Shown: piece by piece, positions 1-10,137 of the stretch | Numbering within the stretch: the first letter of the stretch is position 1 | How the letters are laid out: the number at the start of each line of letters is the position of its first letter | Translations under genes and position numbers: made by a program | Source: Longimicrobiales bacterium | Lineage (GTDB): Bacteria > Gemmatimonadota > Gemmatimonadetes > Longimicrobiales > Gaopeijiaceae | Reading direction: 5' to 3' | Length of the DNA: 64,000 nt | Assembly: GCA_965218295.1 (NCBI GenBank) | Contig: CBDCKN010000017.1 | Span: 1-64,000 of the forward strand | The notes under the pieces: model-generated | The model's input: the letters and a program-made list of their open reading frames with translations, nothing else | What the model was told of the DNA's origin: nothing | Database searches by the model: none

Positions 1-36
1 CGCCCCATACAGTATCACGAATAGAAGGAGGACTCG

Positions 37-315
37 ATGGGCGAGATGGTCGTAGGACTCTACGTCTTCGTCCTGGCTACCCTGGCCGGTCGGGAGGTGA
101 TCACGAAGGTGCCCCCGACCCTTCATACGCCACTCATGTCGGGGGCGAACGCCATCTCGGGCATCGCCATAGTCGGAGCCCTGGTGGTTTCCGCCCAGGT
201 CGATTCGGGGTTGTCGGAGATCCTGGGGATCACGGCCATCGTCATGGCCATGGTGAACGTGGTCGGTGGCTTCATGGTCACCGATCGCATGCTCCAGATG
301 TTCAAGAAGAAATAG
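37..315 (+). CDS. pntA: NAD(P) transhydrogenase subunit alpha, membrane part (PntA2/PntAB)
   Basis: VPPTLHTPLMSGANAISG and NVVGGFMVTDRMLQMF motifs; AAGGAGG RBS; directly upstream of pntB. Confidence 0.95.
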   Translation: MGEMVVGLYVFVLATLAGREVITKVPPTLHTPLMSGANAISGIAIVGALVVSAQVDSGLSEILGITAIVMAMVNVVGGFMVTDRMLQMFKKK

Positions 316-339
316 CCGCCCACTCAAAGGAGCAAACCA

Positions 340-1743
340 ATGGATCTCTCGCTTTGGGTGGAGCTCTCGTACCTCTTCTCTTCCGTCCTGTTCGTGGTGG
401 GGCTCAAGCGACTGCAGTCTCCCGCCACCGCTCGTGCCGGCAACCGGTTGGCCGCACTGGCCATGCTCATCGCCATCGTGGCCACGCTCGTGGAGAACCA
501 GGCCGTGAGCTGGACCGGAATCGTGGGCGGCATGATTCTGGGCGGCCTGATCGGCGGCGTGCTGGCGCGCACCGTGAAGATGACCGACATGCCGCAGCTG
601 GTGGGGGCCTTCAACGGGTTCGGTGGAGGAGCCTCGGCCCTGGTGGCCGCGGCCGAGCTGGTTCGAGTTCAGACCACCGGGGCCATTCTCGTCCTTGGCG
701 ACGGGCTAACCATCGCACTCTCATGCCTGATCGGAATGGTGACGTTCTCAGGGAGCTTCGTCGCGTTCGGGAAGCTCCAGGGTCTCGTCACCGGAAATCC
801 GATCACCTTCCCTCTCCAGAAGACGTTCAACGCCTTCCTTTTCCTGGCCCTCCTGGTCCTGGGCGCCTCGGTGATGGGTGTGTTCCAGGTCGGAGGACTG
901 TCCAGCCTGGTCACGTTCTCGATTTTCTCGGTCGTCGCGCTGCTTCTGGGCATACTGTTGGTGATCCCGATCGGGGGCGCCGACATGCCCGTCGTGATCT
1001 CTCTCCTCAACGCCTACTCGGGCCTGGCGGCTTCCGCGGCCGGATTCGTAATCGCCAACAACGTGCTCATCATCAGCGGTGCACTGGTCGGGGCTGCGGG
1101 GCTCATCCTCACGATGATCATGTGCAAGGCCATGAACCGCTCTCTGGCGAACGTGGCCTTCGGGGCGTTCGGAGCCGAGGGCGCCACGGCCGCGCAGATC
1201 GGTGCGGGTGACAAGACGGCCCGCTCCGTCGACCCGGAAGGGGCGGCCATGATACTGGCTTACGCCCAGTCGGTGATCGTGGTCCCGGGTTACGGGCTCG
1301 CCGTCGCCCAGGCCCAGCACGACCTCCGGAAGGTGATGGACAACCTGGAGGAGCGTGGCGTGGACGTGAAATATGCCGTGCACCCGGTCGCCGGCCGGAT
1401 GCCGGGGCACATGAATGTCCTGCTCGCGGAGGCCGACGTCCCCTACGACAAGCTGTTCGACCTCGACGAGATCAACGACGATTTCGGTCGCACGGATGTC
1501 GCGCTCGTGGTGGGAGCCAATGACGTGGTGAACCCCGAGGCCCACAATCCCGAGAGTGTCATCGCAGGGATGCCGATCCTCGACGTCGAGCGGGCCAAGA
1601 GCGTGATCATCATGAAGCGAAGCTTGTCACCGGGCTTCGCCGGGATCGACAACCCGCTGTTCTACATGGGTCACACTATGATGCTCTTCGGGGACGCCAA
1701 GGCCTCCATGACCGAGCTGGCCAAGGAGGTCAGAGAGGCCTGA
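340..1743 (+). CDS. pntB: NAD(P) transhydrogenase subunit beta
   Basis: IGGADMPVVISLLN, VPGYGLAVAQAQ, HPVAGRMPGHMNVLLAEA motifs. Confidence 0.97.
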   Translation: MDLSLWVELSYLFSSVLFVVGLKRLQSPATARAGNRLAALAMLIAIVATLVENQAVSWTGIVGGMILGGLIGGVLARTVKMTDMPQLVGAFNGFGGGASALVAAAELVRVQTTGAILVLGDGLTIALSCLIGMVTFSGSFVAFGKLQGLVTGNPITFPLQKTFNAFLFLALLVLGASVMGVFQVGGLSSLVTFSIFSVVALLLGILLVIPIGGADMPVVISLLNAYSGLAASAAGFVIANNVLIISGALVGAAGLILTMIMCKAMNRSLANVAFGAFGAEGATAAQIGAGDKTARSVDPEGAAMILAYAQSVIVVPGYGLAVAQAQHDLRKVMDNLEERGVDVKYAVHPVAGRMPGHMNVLLAEADVPYDKLFDLDEINDDFGRTDVALVVGANDVVNPEAHNPESVIAGMPILDVERAKSVIIMKRSLSPGFAGIDNPLFYMGHTMMLFGDAKASMTELAKEVREA

Positions 1744-1767
1744 CCCAGGGCGCGGCTCCGTGACTCC

Positions 1768-2023
1768 CTAGTGTTCCGTTGCCGAAGTTCGCGAGCCACC
1801 AAGAGGGTCGGGGCGCCGTGGGATCAAGGCGGGACGACGCGGCGTAGCGCAAGCGGCCACCGCGGCCGAAGGCCGTGGTCCGAGGAGGAGGAACGCCGCA
1901 GGGCCGAATGCATCGGTGTTCGAGCCGAGCGACCTTCATGCTCGTCGTGAGCGCCGAGTTGACCGCGAGACGATCGAGCGCAGCGGGATCAATGGCCGAG
2001 ACACTTCTGGGACACCACACTAG
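1768..2023 (+). mobile_element. MITE-like repeat, copy 1 (256 bp)
   Basis: Bounded by CTAG at both ends; left end CTAGTGTTCCGTTGCCGAAG, right end ACTTCTGGGACACCACACTAG; internal blocks shared with the copies at 16222, 25477, 25629 and 57314. Confidence 0.85.
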
Positions 2024-2027
2024 CACC

Positions 2028-3539
2028 TCAATCTGGTTGGGCCTCGGCAGTCGCAGAGGCCAGGAGCTCCCAAGCCCGGCGGACATGGGTCTCGGTGGAC
2101 CGCAGGTTCCCTACCGAGAACCGCAGCGCCACGCACCCGTGGAGTCGGGTGTGTGAAAGGAACACCTCCCCGCTTTCGTTCACTCGATCCAAGATCGCCA
2201 TGTTGAGTCGATCCTGGAGCTCGCCCGCGTCGGTGGCGTCGCCCGTACCGGGGGTGTCGCCAGAAGCGGCTGAGGGCGCATAGCGGAACACCACTGTACT
2301 GAAGGGGACCGGCGCCACCCGTTCCCATCCTGGCGCTTCGTCCACGAGGCCGGCGAAGATCGAGGCGAGCCGGCAGTGGGCTCGGATCCGCCCCGCGATT
2401 CCCTCGCTCCCGAAGTAGCGGAGAACGAACCACAGCTTGAGGGCCCGCATTCGACGGCCCAGTGACAGGCCATAGTCCATGAGGTTGGTGGCGCTCTCCT
2501 GCTCCCTCGTCCTCAGGAACTCCGGCGTCACACTGAAAGCTCTTCGCAGCTGATCAGGGCGCCTGCAGTATAGAATCGAGCAGTCGATAGGCGTGAACAG
2601 CCACTTGTGGGGATTAAGCACAATGGAGTCGGCCCGCTCCCACCCGGAGAAGTGCCGCCGGAGCTCGGGAACGATGGCGGCAGGGCCGGCATATGCCGCG
2701 TCCACGTGAAGCCACGCGCCGTATTCCTCCGCGATGTCTGCCAGCTCGTCGACCGGGTCCAGGCTGCTGGTCGAAGTCGTTCCCAGAGTGGCCACCAGGG
2801 CCACGGGACGGATCTCACGGGCCACATCCTCTCCCAGAGCTCTCCGGAGCGCATCCGTGTCCATTCGGAACTCGTCATCGGCCTCGATGCGCCGCACTCC
2901 CTCGAGTCCGAAGCCCAGAGTGATCGCCGACTTGTCGATGGAGGAGTGGGCTTCCTCAGAGGCGTAGATGCGGCCGACGGGAGTCCCGAAGAGACCCTTC
3001 TCTCTCGCTTCGGGAAAGCAGGCTTCGCGCGCTGCCGAGAGCGCATATAGGGAGCTGGACGAGGCCGTGTCGTTGATCGCACCCTGGAACGCCGCTGGGA
3101 GCTCCACGAGCTCGCGTAGCCAGTCGAGCGTGAGCTCCTCCAGCTCCGTGCCAGAAGGAGAGGTCCGCCACACCATGGCATTGACGTTGAGGGCCGCCGA
3201 GAGCATCTCGCCCAGGATCCCCGGCCCCGATCCGGTGACCGCGAAGTAGGCGAAGAACCCAGGGTGATTCCAGTGCGTGATACCGGGAAGGATCTTCGAG
3301 TCGAAGTCGTGGAGGATGTCCTCGAAGGGTTCGCCCCTCGACGGCGCTGAAGCCGGAAGGTTTTCGCGGATCTGCCCCGGAGAAACGGAAGGGACGACAG
3401 GATAGGACCCGACTCCTCCGAGGTAATCGGCGATCCAGTTCACCACCTCGTGCCCATGTCTCCGGAATTCCTCCGGGGGCATATCACCCACTCCCATCCC
3501 CCCCGCCGGGCTGGCTCCGGGGTGGCACGGCGTCGTCAT
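2028..3539 (-). CDS. PLP-dependent aromatic-L-amino-acid decarboxylase (DDC, group II)
   Basis: PGITHWNHPGFFAYF, WLHVDAAYAG, NPHKWL, LGRRMRALKLWF motifs; exact start uncertain. Confidence 0.92.
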   Translation of the reverse strand: MTTPCHPGASPAGGMGVGDMPPEEFRRHGHEVVNWIADYLGGVGSYPVVPSVSPGQIRENLPASAPSRGEPFEDILHDFDSKILPGITHWNHPGFFAYFAVTGSGPGILGEMLSAALNVNAMVWRTSPSGTELEELTLDWLRELVELPAAFQGAINDTASSSSLYALSAAREACFPEAREKGLFGTPVGRIYASEEAHSSIDKSAITLGFGLEGVRRIEADDEFRMDTDALRRALGEDVAREIRPVALVATLGTTSTSSLDPVDELADIAEEYGAWLHVDAAYAGPAAIVPELRRHFSGWERADSIVLNPHKWLFTPIDCSILYCRRPDQLRRAFSVTPEFLRTREQESATNLMDYGLSLGRRMRALKLWFVLRYFGSEGIAGRIRAHCRLASIFAGLVDEAPGWERVAPVPFSTVVFRYAPSAASGDTPGTGDATDAGELQDRLNMAILDRVNESGEVFLSHTRLHGCVALRFSVGNLRSTETHVRRAWELLASATAEAQPD

Positions 3540-3552
3540 CGTCGGGGGCGGC

Positions 3553-4161
3553 TCAGTGGGCGTCGGCCGACAGCTCCTCCTCGATGGCCTGGAGCTGCTC
3601 TTCCACCTCCGTCACCAGCTGGGCGGTGGGCACCTTGGGGACGCCGCTCCCCTGGAAGAGAGCGAAGAAGAGGGCGTCGGTGTGCCCGATGCTCGCATGC
3701 GTGACGCCAGTGTCGAGGAAGCGGTTGAGGCGCAGCGCGTCCGCGAGCGAAAACGCAGCGCCATACCGGGCCGGGGGCGTCTGGAACAGGAGTCGTATGA
3801 CGGCTTCCCGCAGAATCTGGAACTCCTCGACGATCTCCCCTGCTGCCAGGCCACGCTGGGCCCCCAGCGACCCATAGAGCTCCGCGGCTTGTCTCCACAG
3901 CGGAGCCACCTGTGCGTGATGCTGCCCGACAGCTTGCGGAAGCAGCCTGGTGAGGAACTCCAGGAACCGCTTGAGGAGCTGTTCCATTTCCGCGTCCAGG
4001 CTCGAGCGATGGCGAACCTCGTCGAGCCAGTGTCGTAGCAGGAATCCGGTCTGCTGCTCGAGCCACTCCCCGAGCCGACGGGTGCTGGATGATGTAGCGT
4101 GGGTTTGTGAAGGCGGTTGCGTGGGTTGGATCTCGGTCGGCTCGGCGACAGAATCCCTCAT
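3553..4161 (-). CDS. RsbRD N-terminal (globin-like sensor) domain protein
   Basis: All-helical; WRQAAELYGSLGAQRGLAAGEIVEEFQILREAV resembles RsbRD_N; GGAG RBS before ATG 4161. Confidence 0.6.
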   Translation of the reverse strand: MRDSVAEPTEIQPTQPPSQTHATSSSTRRLGEWLEQQTGFLLRHWLDEVRHRSSLDAEMEQLLKRFLEFLTRLLPQAVGQHHAQVAPLWRQAAELYGSLGAQRGLAAGEIVEEFQILREAVIRLLFQTPPARYGAAFSLADALRLNRFLDTGVTHASIGHTDALFFALFQGSGVPKVPTAQLVTEVEEQLQAIEEELSADAH

Positions 4162-4203
4162 GGTACTCCAGAATGAGGCAGGGAAGGCTCGCAAATGGAT
4201 GTT

Positions 4204-7200
4204 CTAAAGTGCCGAATCCTCCTGCCCGTCGCCAGGTTCTGCAGCAAGATCGACCTCCGCCGCGTCGTCGGCGCCGGCGGTGGCGGCCTGCGCCTTCTCG
4301 CCCTCCACGTCTTCCCTCGGGGACGTTGCTTCCTCACCGTCTTCGTCCGCCGGCGTCCTCTCACTCCCCTCCTCGCCGGAATCACCCCAGGGTCTCAGTT
4401 GCAGACGGATTACCGTGCCTTCTCCGCAACCGCTCTCCGCCGTCACTGTGCCACCCCAGGACTCGACTAGCTTTCGGACGATGGCGAGACCGAGTCCCGT
4501 ACCCGTCGAGCGCGTGCTGAATTGCGGCTCGAAAATGCGTCCGAGAAGCTCGGGCGGGATGCCCGTGCCATCGTCGTGAACCCGCACCTCAACCTCGGTG
4601 GGAACGGATACGGCCTCGATGACGACCTGACCGCCTCCTTCGATCGCCACCCGCGCGTTCTCCAGCAGGTTGAGGAGTACCTCTTTGAATTCGGTCTCCC
4701 GCGCACTCACACGGGGGAGGTCCTCGGGTACCCGGGCAGTGAAGCGCACCGGGCCTTCTTCATCCACCCGGTAGAGGGTCAGCACGTCCTGAGCCAGGGA
4801 TCCCACATCGACCGGCTCGAGGGGAATCTCCCCGGCCGCGGCCGGCGCTCCGAATCGTGAAAAGCCACTCGCAATCTCGGCGAGGCGGTCGATCTCGCTC
4901 AAGATCGCTCCCACGTTGCGATCCAGGATGGGCTCGAAGTCCTCTCGCTGATCCTGCCAAGCCCGGCGAATATGCTGGACGCTCAGCTTGATGGGCGTGA
5001 GCGGGTTCTTGACCTCGTGAGCGACCTGACGGGCCATCTCGCCCCAGGCCAGAATACGCTCCGTGCGAAGCTCGTCGGTCACGTCTTCGATGGAGAGCAC
5101 CACACCACCGGCCCCCTGCCGGGAGATCTCCCTGGACCGGACTCGAATCCGGCGCTCGCCGAACTGGAACTCGGCCGTCGCCTCTCGAAGACCGTCCCGA
5201 AGACACTTCTCAATCCATTGGACCAGCTCGGCACGTGTACCCTTCAGCTGCGGCAGGGGCTCACCCACCTCCACCTGACCTCCGAGAACGTTCTGGGCCC
5301 TCGGGTTCACCAACGTGACGTCCCCCGACCGGTCGAGTGCCACGACGCCGGTGGCCGCCTCATCGACGATGGCCTGGGTCCGACGCGTCGTCCGGACCAG
5401 TTCCCGACGAGCTCGGCTGATTCGAAGCACCATTCGATTGAAGGCCCGGAAGACCGACCCGAACTCGTCGGCCCGGGCTTCGGGAAGCTGCACGGCCAGG
5501 TTTCCGCCACCGACTCTCTCCGACGCAACCTGTAGCGTGCGGATCGGACTCGTGAGGGTCCTCCCGACGAGAAGGGCAAGCCCCAGCGACAGTCCGGCCC
5601 CCAGCAGAACCACGAAGGCGACCAACTCGGCCACCTCTCTCTGCCGTAGCGCCGTGGCGCCGGCCTGAAGGGGCACCTGCGTCGCCACGATGTCTCCGTC
5701 CGGAAGCCTCCGGAACGCCATGAGATACTGCCGCCGGCCGAGATTTCCGAGAGCTGTCTCCAAAAGCTCTTCACGGCGTTCGAGCTGCTGGTTCACCTCG
5801 AATGGGATCCATCCGTCGTACAGGCCCATCTCCACGAGGTCATCGACCGACCCACCACGAAGCTCCCCCGCCCGATACTCGAGCAGGTCGGCCCCCACCC
5901 GGCTGGAAAGGAGAGTCATGGAGCGCCCGGCCTGGTAGTAGAAGGCAGCGGCGTCAGCAGCGATCCGCGCAGCGATGGTTGCAGCGGTACGCACGGTCGC
6001 TTGGGAGAGGGTGCGGAACGCCAGGCTTCCGAAGAGGGCGGCAGAGAGGACGAAGAACCCGAACAACGCCCAGGTCACGCGCGCGCGGAAGGAAGCGAAC
6101 GGGTTCTTCCAGCTTCTGATCGCCGGCCGCCGGCCCACCAAGACGAACTGACCCAGTGTCCACAGGAGCAGGATGAAGGCCATGTCGCCCAGAATCAGCA
6201 GGGCTCCCCTTGCGGTCGCCAGCAACGGCCCGGGCAAGTCGATCACGTACTGGGCGTCGAACCCTCCGTCGAGGTATGAGATGCTCTGGCGAGCCTCCCA
6301 GCCGTCGGACGTGCGAACCCATGCCACCCGGTCCGTCTGGCTGGCTTCATCGCCCTGCAGAATGGGTACGAGCGTCAGCGGACTCTCGGTCGGCGCTGTC
6401 AGCCCCCCGAAGACGGGACCGAAAGGGGACGTATTGGGAAGCTCCCGCCGGGCAGGAAGGACGCCGGTGAGCACCCTCCCCCCCCGTAGAGGCACCTGCA
6501 TCATGTAGTTGGCGTCCCCGGCTGCGAGGCGACGAACGAAGGCGGGCTCGCCCTGGCGCGCCTGCTCGAGGAAGTCGGCGGCGCGTCCGGGGCGGCCACC
6601 ATCAACTCCGATGGTGATCTCGAATTCGGGCAGATCACCGGGAGACCACAGTGTCAGCCAGACTCCCGAGCCCTCTTCCGCTAGGCCGCTGCCGACCCAG
6701 CTCTCGTAGAGGAGCTCCGGGGGATCGGCGCCTCCAGCGTCGAGTGAATCCGCCGCGTCCACGAACCGGTGCAGCACATATTCCAGATACGGATCGGCCG
6801 GCGTCCCGAGCCGGGCGAGCTGAAGCTCGGCCGAATCCATCCGAGCCTCCACGCGTGCCGCCCAAGCAACGACCAGAGCTGCCGAAGCACCCAGGACCGC
6901 TGCCGAGCTCCACGCGATCCAGATCCGGCGCCACCCCCGAAGACCGGAGAGGCCGTAAGCTGCCAGCGCGCCCGGAAGGAACCATGCAGCCGTGCTCCAA
7001 GCGGGCAGTGAGCCTTCGACTCTCACCAACAGAGCACCCACCCCGGCGAGAGCCAAAGCGATCGCCAGGGCCCCAAGGAGGGGAATCTCCGCATGCGGCC
7101 GCCGCTTGGCTCGCTCGCCGAGTCGGAACGACGCCAGGCACAAGAGCGTGAGCACCAGTGCAAGGCCGGTCTGGTACGCCACCCACTTCCCCTCCCCACC

Positions 7201-8418
7201 TGACAGGAGGGCCGGGCCTGCCCCGCCCAGGAGGAGGACAGATGCTAACGGGAACGTGATGAGCACTCCCAGACCGGAGGCGACCGGCCCGAGACGGGCG
7301 GCGGGCGGAAGGTGAGCCGCCGCCACGACCGCAGCGGCGACCGACACGAGCAGGACGCGCTCGAAGGTCACGGGCAACGGCCCGGGAAGCACGAAATCAG
7401 CCGCGGTAAAGACGGGTAGCGATCCCATGGCCGCCCCCACCGGAACCAAGAACGCGAGACCCAGCGGCGTCAGCGCCGCCGCGGCCCGATCACCCTTCTC
7501 CACGCCTGCTGTGATGGCGAGGAGCAGCCAGGCGATGACCGCCAGAGCTCCCACCACCCTCGACCAAAAGGTCCGGACGTCACGGAGTCTCTCCTCCTGC
7601 GTCGGTCGGACGATCGAAACGCTGAAGAGCGCCTCGTCCTCCCAGCGCAAGTCGAGAACGTCGTCCCCAGTGGCCCGGTCGGCCCGAAGGATGCGGAGGT
7701 CCTCTCCCACCGCATCACGGAACGAGGTGACGAAGTCTCCCGGATCGGATTCCAAATTCCGCGGCAAGTTCGCCTTGATCAGCGCCGCCGCCATCACGGT
7801 CCCGCCCCCCGGAATCGGAGCTGTGAAGTACAGGTAGCTGAAGAGGGGACGATCGCGGTAGAGGTAGCGGATGTCTCCGTTCCTGAGCTCGGGCGGCACC
7901 ATTCCTCGGTGCGTGCCGTCCCAGACGATGAAGTCACCGGTCGGCCCGTAGATCGCGACCGCGGCCAGGCCGGTCCGGCGGCGGATGGCCCTCAGATCGT
8001 CAAGAAGGGTTGTGCCAGGATCGTCGACCGCGAGATTCCCAATGCTTGCAACCGCCTCCTCGCCCGTGGTCAGTAACCGCTCGAGTCTCTGGTCGAGCGC
8101 GATCTCGGCGCGGGCGTTGCGGGCCTCCCAGTACGTATGGAAGTCCTGTGACACTCGCCGGCTCACCTCGTGACCGACGAAGCCGGCCACGACCCCGGCG
8201 AGGACGACCATGCCCGCCACCGCGTGGGCCACTCCGCGCCGGGGCCGGGCGGAAAAAACCGAGAGGGACGAAACGCTGGAAAACGCCAGCCAGCCGACCC
8301 CGGGCCACCGTGTCCATGCGGCAAGGCCGAGAACGCCGAGCCAGGGACCGGCCCGGGTGAATGCGAGCCAGGGACCGGAGGAGAGGAATGGGGCAGACGG
8401 CTGATCCGGAGGGGTCAT
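4204..8418 (-). CDS. Large multi-TM sensor histidine kinase (HAMP-PAS-HisKA-HATPase, NtrY-like)
   Basis: WGEMARQVAHEVKNPLTPI H-box, NLLENA N-box, DDGTGI G1, GTGLGL G2; many TM segments; start uncertain. Confidence 0.93.
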   Translation of the reverse strand: MTPPDQPSAPFLSSGPWLAFTRAGPWLGVLGLAAWTRWPGVGWLAFSSVSSLSVFSARPRRGVAHAVAGMVVLAGVVAGFVGHEVSRRVSQDFHTYWEARNARAEIALDQRLERLLTTGEEAVASIGNLAVDDPGTTLLDDLRAIRRRTGLAAVAIYGPTGDFIVWDGTHRGMVPPELRNGDIRYLYRDRPLFSYLYFTAPIPGGGTVMAAALIKANLPRNLESDPGDFVTSFRDAVGEDLRILRADRATGDDVLDLRWEDEALFSVSIVRPTQEERLRDVRTFWSRVVGALAVIAWLLLAITAGVEKGDRAAAALTPLGLAFLVPVGAAMGSLPVFTAADFVLPGPLPVTFERVLLVSVAAAVVAAAHLPPAARLGPVASGLGVLITFPLASVLLLGGAGPALLSGGEGKWVAYQTGLALVLTLLCLASFRLGERAKRRPHAEIPLLGALAIALALAGVGALLVRVEGSLPAWSTAAWFLPGALAAYGLSGLRGWRRIWIAWSSAAVLGASAALVVAWAARVEARMDSAELQLARLGTPADPYLEYVLHRFVDAADSLDAGGADPPELLYESWVGSGLAEEGSGVWLTLWSPGDLPEFEITIGVDGGRPGRAADFLEQARQGEPAFVRRLAAGDANYMMQVPLRGGRVLTGVLPARRELPNTSPFGPVFGGLTAPTESPLTLVPILQGDEASQTDRVAWVRTSDGWEARQSISYLDGGFDAQYVIDLPGPLLATARGALLILGDMAFILLLWTLGQFVLVGRRPAIRSWKNPFASFRARVTWALFGFFVLSAALFGSLAFRTLSQATVRTAATIAARIAADAAAFYYQAGRSMTLLSSRVGADLLEYRAGELRGGSVDDLVEMGLYDGWIPFEVNQQLERREELLETALGNLGRRQYLMAFRRLPDGDIVATQVPLQAGATALRQREVAELVAFVVLLGAGLSLGLALLVGRTLTSPIRTLQVASERVGGGNLAVQLPEARADEFGSVFRAFNRMVLRISRARRELVRTTRRTQAIVDEAATGVVALDRSGDVTLVNPRAQNVLGGQVEVGEPLPQLKGTRAELVQWIEKCLRDGLREATAEFQFGERRIRVRSREISRQGAGGVVLSIEDVTDELRTERILAWGEMARQVAHEVKNPLTPIKLSVQHIRRAWQDQREDFEPILDRNVGAILSEIDRLAEIASGFSRFGAPAAAGEIPLEPVDVGSLAQDVLTLYRVDEEGPVRFTARVPEDLPRVSARETEFKEVLLNLLENARVAIEGGGQVVIEAVSVPTEVEVRVHDDGTGIPPELLGRIFEPQFSTRSTGTGLGLAIVRKLVESWGGTVTAESGCGEGTVIRLQLRPWGDSGEEGSERTPADEDGEEATSPREDVEGEKAQAATAGADDAAEVDLAAEPGDGQEDSAL

Positions 8419-9130
8419 ATCAACTGAACCACCTGTCTTGGCCCGAGGTTCGTGTATTCCTCGAGCGCGATCCGCGGCTCATTCTCCCGGTGGGCGCCCT
8501 CGATCACCACGGTCCCCACCTGCCGCTCGGCGCCAACACGCTCATCGCGGAGCGCGTGGCCCTCACCCTCTCTGTCCGTCTGCGCATTGTCGTCGCGCCA
8601 ACTTTCCATTATGGCCTCACAAAGCCGGACTGGACGCCGTATCCGGGCACAAGCACCCTTCGCCGAAAGACTTTCCATCGTGCCATCAACGAGCTCCTCG
8701 CGAGCTGGGACGACCACGGAATCACCGAGGTGGTCGTGATCACGGCTCAGCGTCACGAGCCGCACCTGGAGTCGCTCCTCACGGCCCTCACCAGCACGTC
8801 GACGACCGAAGTCGTGGACCTCATGACCATCGAGGTCGGAGACCTGGTCGAGGGTAGGCCCGAACACGAGCGCGGCGGAGAGCTGGAGACGTCCTTGCTC
8901 CTTTATCTGGCTCCCGAGCTCGTCCGCATGGACCAAGCCGTAGACTATACAGACCACTCGGGCTCCCCTGGAAAGTACGTTCAAGGTCGGGTCACATCAC
9001 CCCACCCCGACTTCCAGGGCGTGGTGGGGCGGCTGACGCTGGCCACCGTAGAGAGGGGGAAGCAGTCTTCGAGCGCTACATCACGGTTCTCGAAGGCGCG
9101 CTTTCACACGAATCGACAGTGGACCCATGA
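8388..9130 (+). pseudogene. Creatininase-family protein with a 1-nt frameshift in a G5 run at 9055-9059
   Basis: LILPVGALDHHGPHLPLGAN and GGELETS motifs; adding one G gives ERGEAVFERYITVLEGALSHESTVDP* ending at TGA 9128-9130; may be a sequencing error. Confidence 0.7.
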
Positions 9131-9167
9131 GGCCATACATCCGAACCGCACGCGAGGATCCGGTGTA

Positions 9168-9884
9168 ATGCGAGTCATGCGTATCGTGTCGGCGTTACTA
9201 CTGGTCGTGGGCTCTCTCCCCGTATCCACTGCGCTCCCCGCTCAAGCGGTGGTCCTCGACGAGGGGACATTCATGGTGGAGATCGACGGCCGTACCGTCG
9301 GGACCGAAAGCTTCCGGATCCGCCGCTCCGGCTTCGGCGAGAATGCGCAGGTCATCGCCCAGGGGAGCCTCGAGCTCACGCGCGAGGGCGGAAAACAGAC
9401 CGTCGAGTCCGCCCTCGGTACCGTGGGGGTCGGGATGTCCCTGGACGCGTACCAGGTGAAGGTATCGGGCTCCGGAGAGCTTCAGGTCCGGCTCCAGCGC
9501 CGCGGCGATAGGCTCGTCGCCGAGACGACCTGGGAGGCAGGCGTGGAGGAGCGTGAGTACAGGCGTCCCTCATCGCGAACGCCCACGGTGCTCCTCGATC
9601 GCTTCCTCGCGCACCACTACTTCTTCCTCGCCCCATACCAGAGGCCCGGAGAGACCCGCGTCTCCATCATCCATCCGCGGCCGGGCGGACAGGCGGAGGG
9701 CGTGCTGCGCATGGCCTCCGTGGAGCCCATCTCGCTGGGAGACCGCACCCTCCAGGCCCAGCGCTTGCAGCTGGTCCTGGCAGGAGCCGTCCACGAGATA
9801 TGGCTGGACAGTCAAAACCGGGTGCTCCGGGTGGAGATTCCCGGAGAGGACTATGTAGCCGTCCGGCGGGACCCGCCGACGTGA
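9168..9884 (+). CDS. Secreted hypothetical protein (beta-rich)
   Basis: Signal peptide MRVMRIVSALLLVVGSLPVSTALPAQA; GAGGA upstream; merged with the upstream gene in the ORF track. Confidence 0.7.
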   Translation: MRVMRIVSALLLVVGSLPVSTALPAQAVVLDEGTFMVEIDGRTVGTESFRIRRSGFGENAQVIAQGSLELTREGGKQTVESALGTVGVGMSLDAYQVKVSGSGELQVRLQRRGDRLVAETTWEAGVEEREYRRPSSRTPTVLLDRFLAHHYFFLAPYQRPGETRVSIIHPRPGGQAEGVLRMASVEPISLGDRTLQAQRLQLVLAGAVHEIWLDSQNRVLRVEIPGEDYVAVRRDPPT

Positions 9885-10006
9885 GCCCCCCCTTCGGCGT
9901 GTTCGCGAGAACCGCCGAAAGCGAGCGGGGTAGGCTCGTGAAGATCCGCCCCAGTCGACCCGTACGCCATGGTGTTGGTACGGACGTTCGCCCATCACGA
10001 ACCCTA

Positions 10007-10033
10007 TGAAACCGGCACACTCGGGTAGGCGTA
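10007..10033 (+). promoter_or_regulatory. Candidate ECF (sigmaW-like) promoter
   Basis: TGAAAC-N17-CGTA about 100 bp upstream of the TolC gene. Confidence 0.35.
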
Positions 10034-10137
10034 GGTCTGGTGCGACCCGTGTGTGTGCTCTCAGCGGGCCGCCCGCGATCTCCGAGAGACGCTTGATCAA
10101 CGTATACGCCATCCAAATCATACGGAGGCTTCACGTG

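Noticed and set aside
37..315. pntA looks truncated
   Set aside because: A split alpha subunit (PntAA + PntAB) is a known arrangement; the soluble part is probably upstream of the window
1730..2156. Short ORFs crossing the repeat copies (also 16152-16430, 25477-25930, 57298-57620)
   Set aside because: Translations of the repeat element; no evidence of a real protein or transposase
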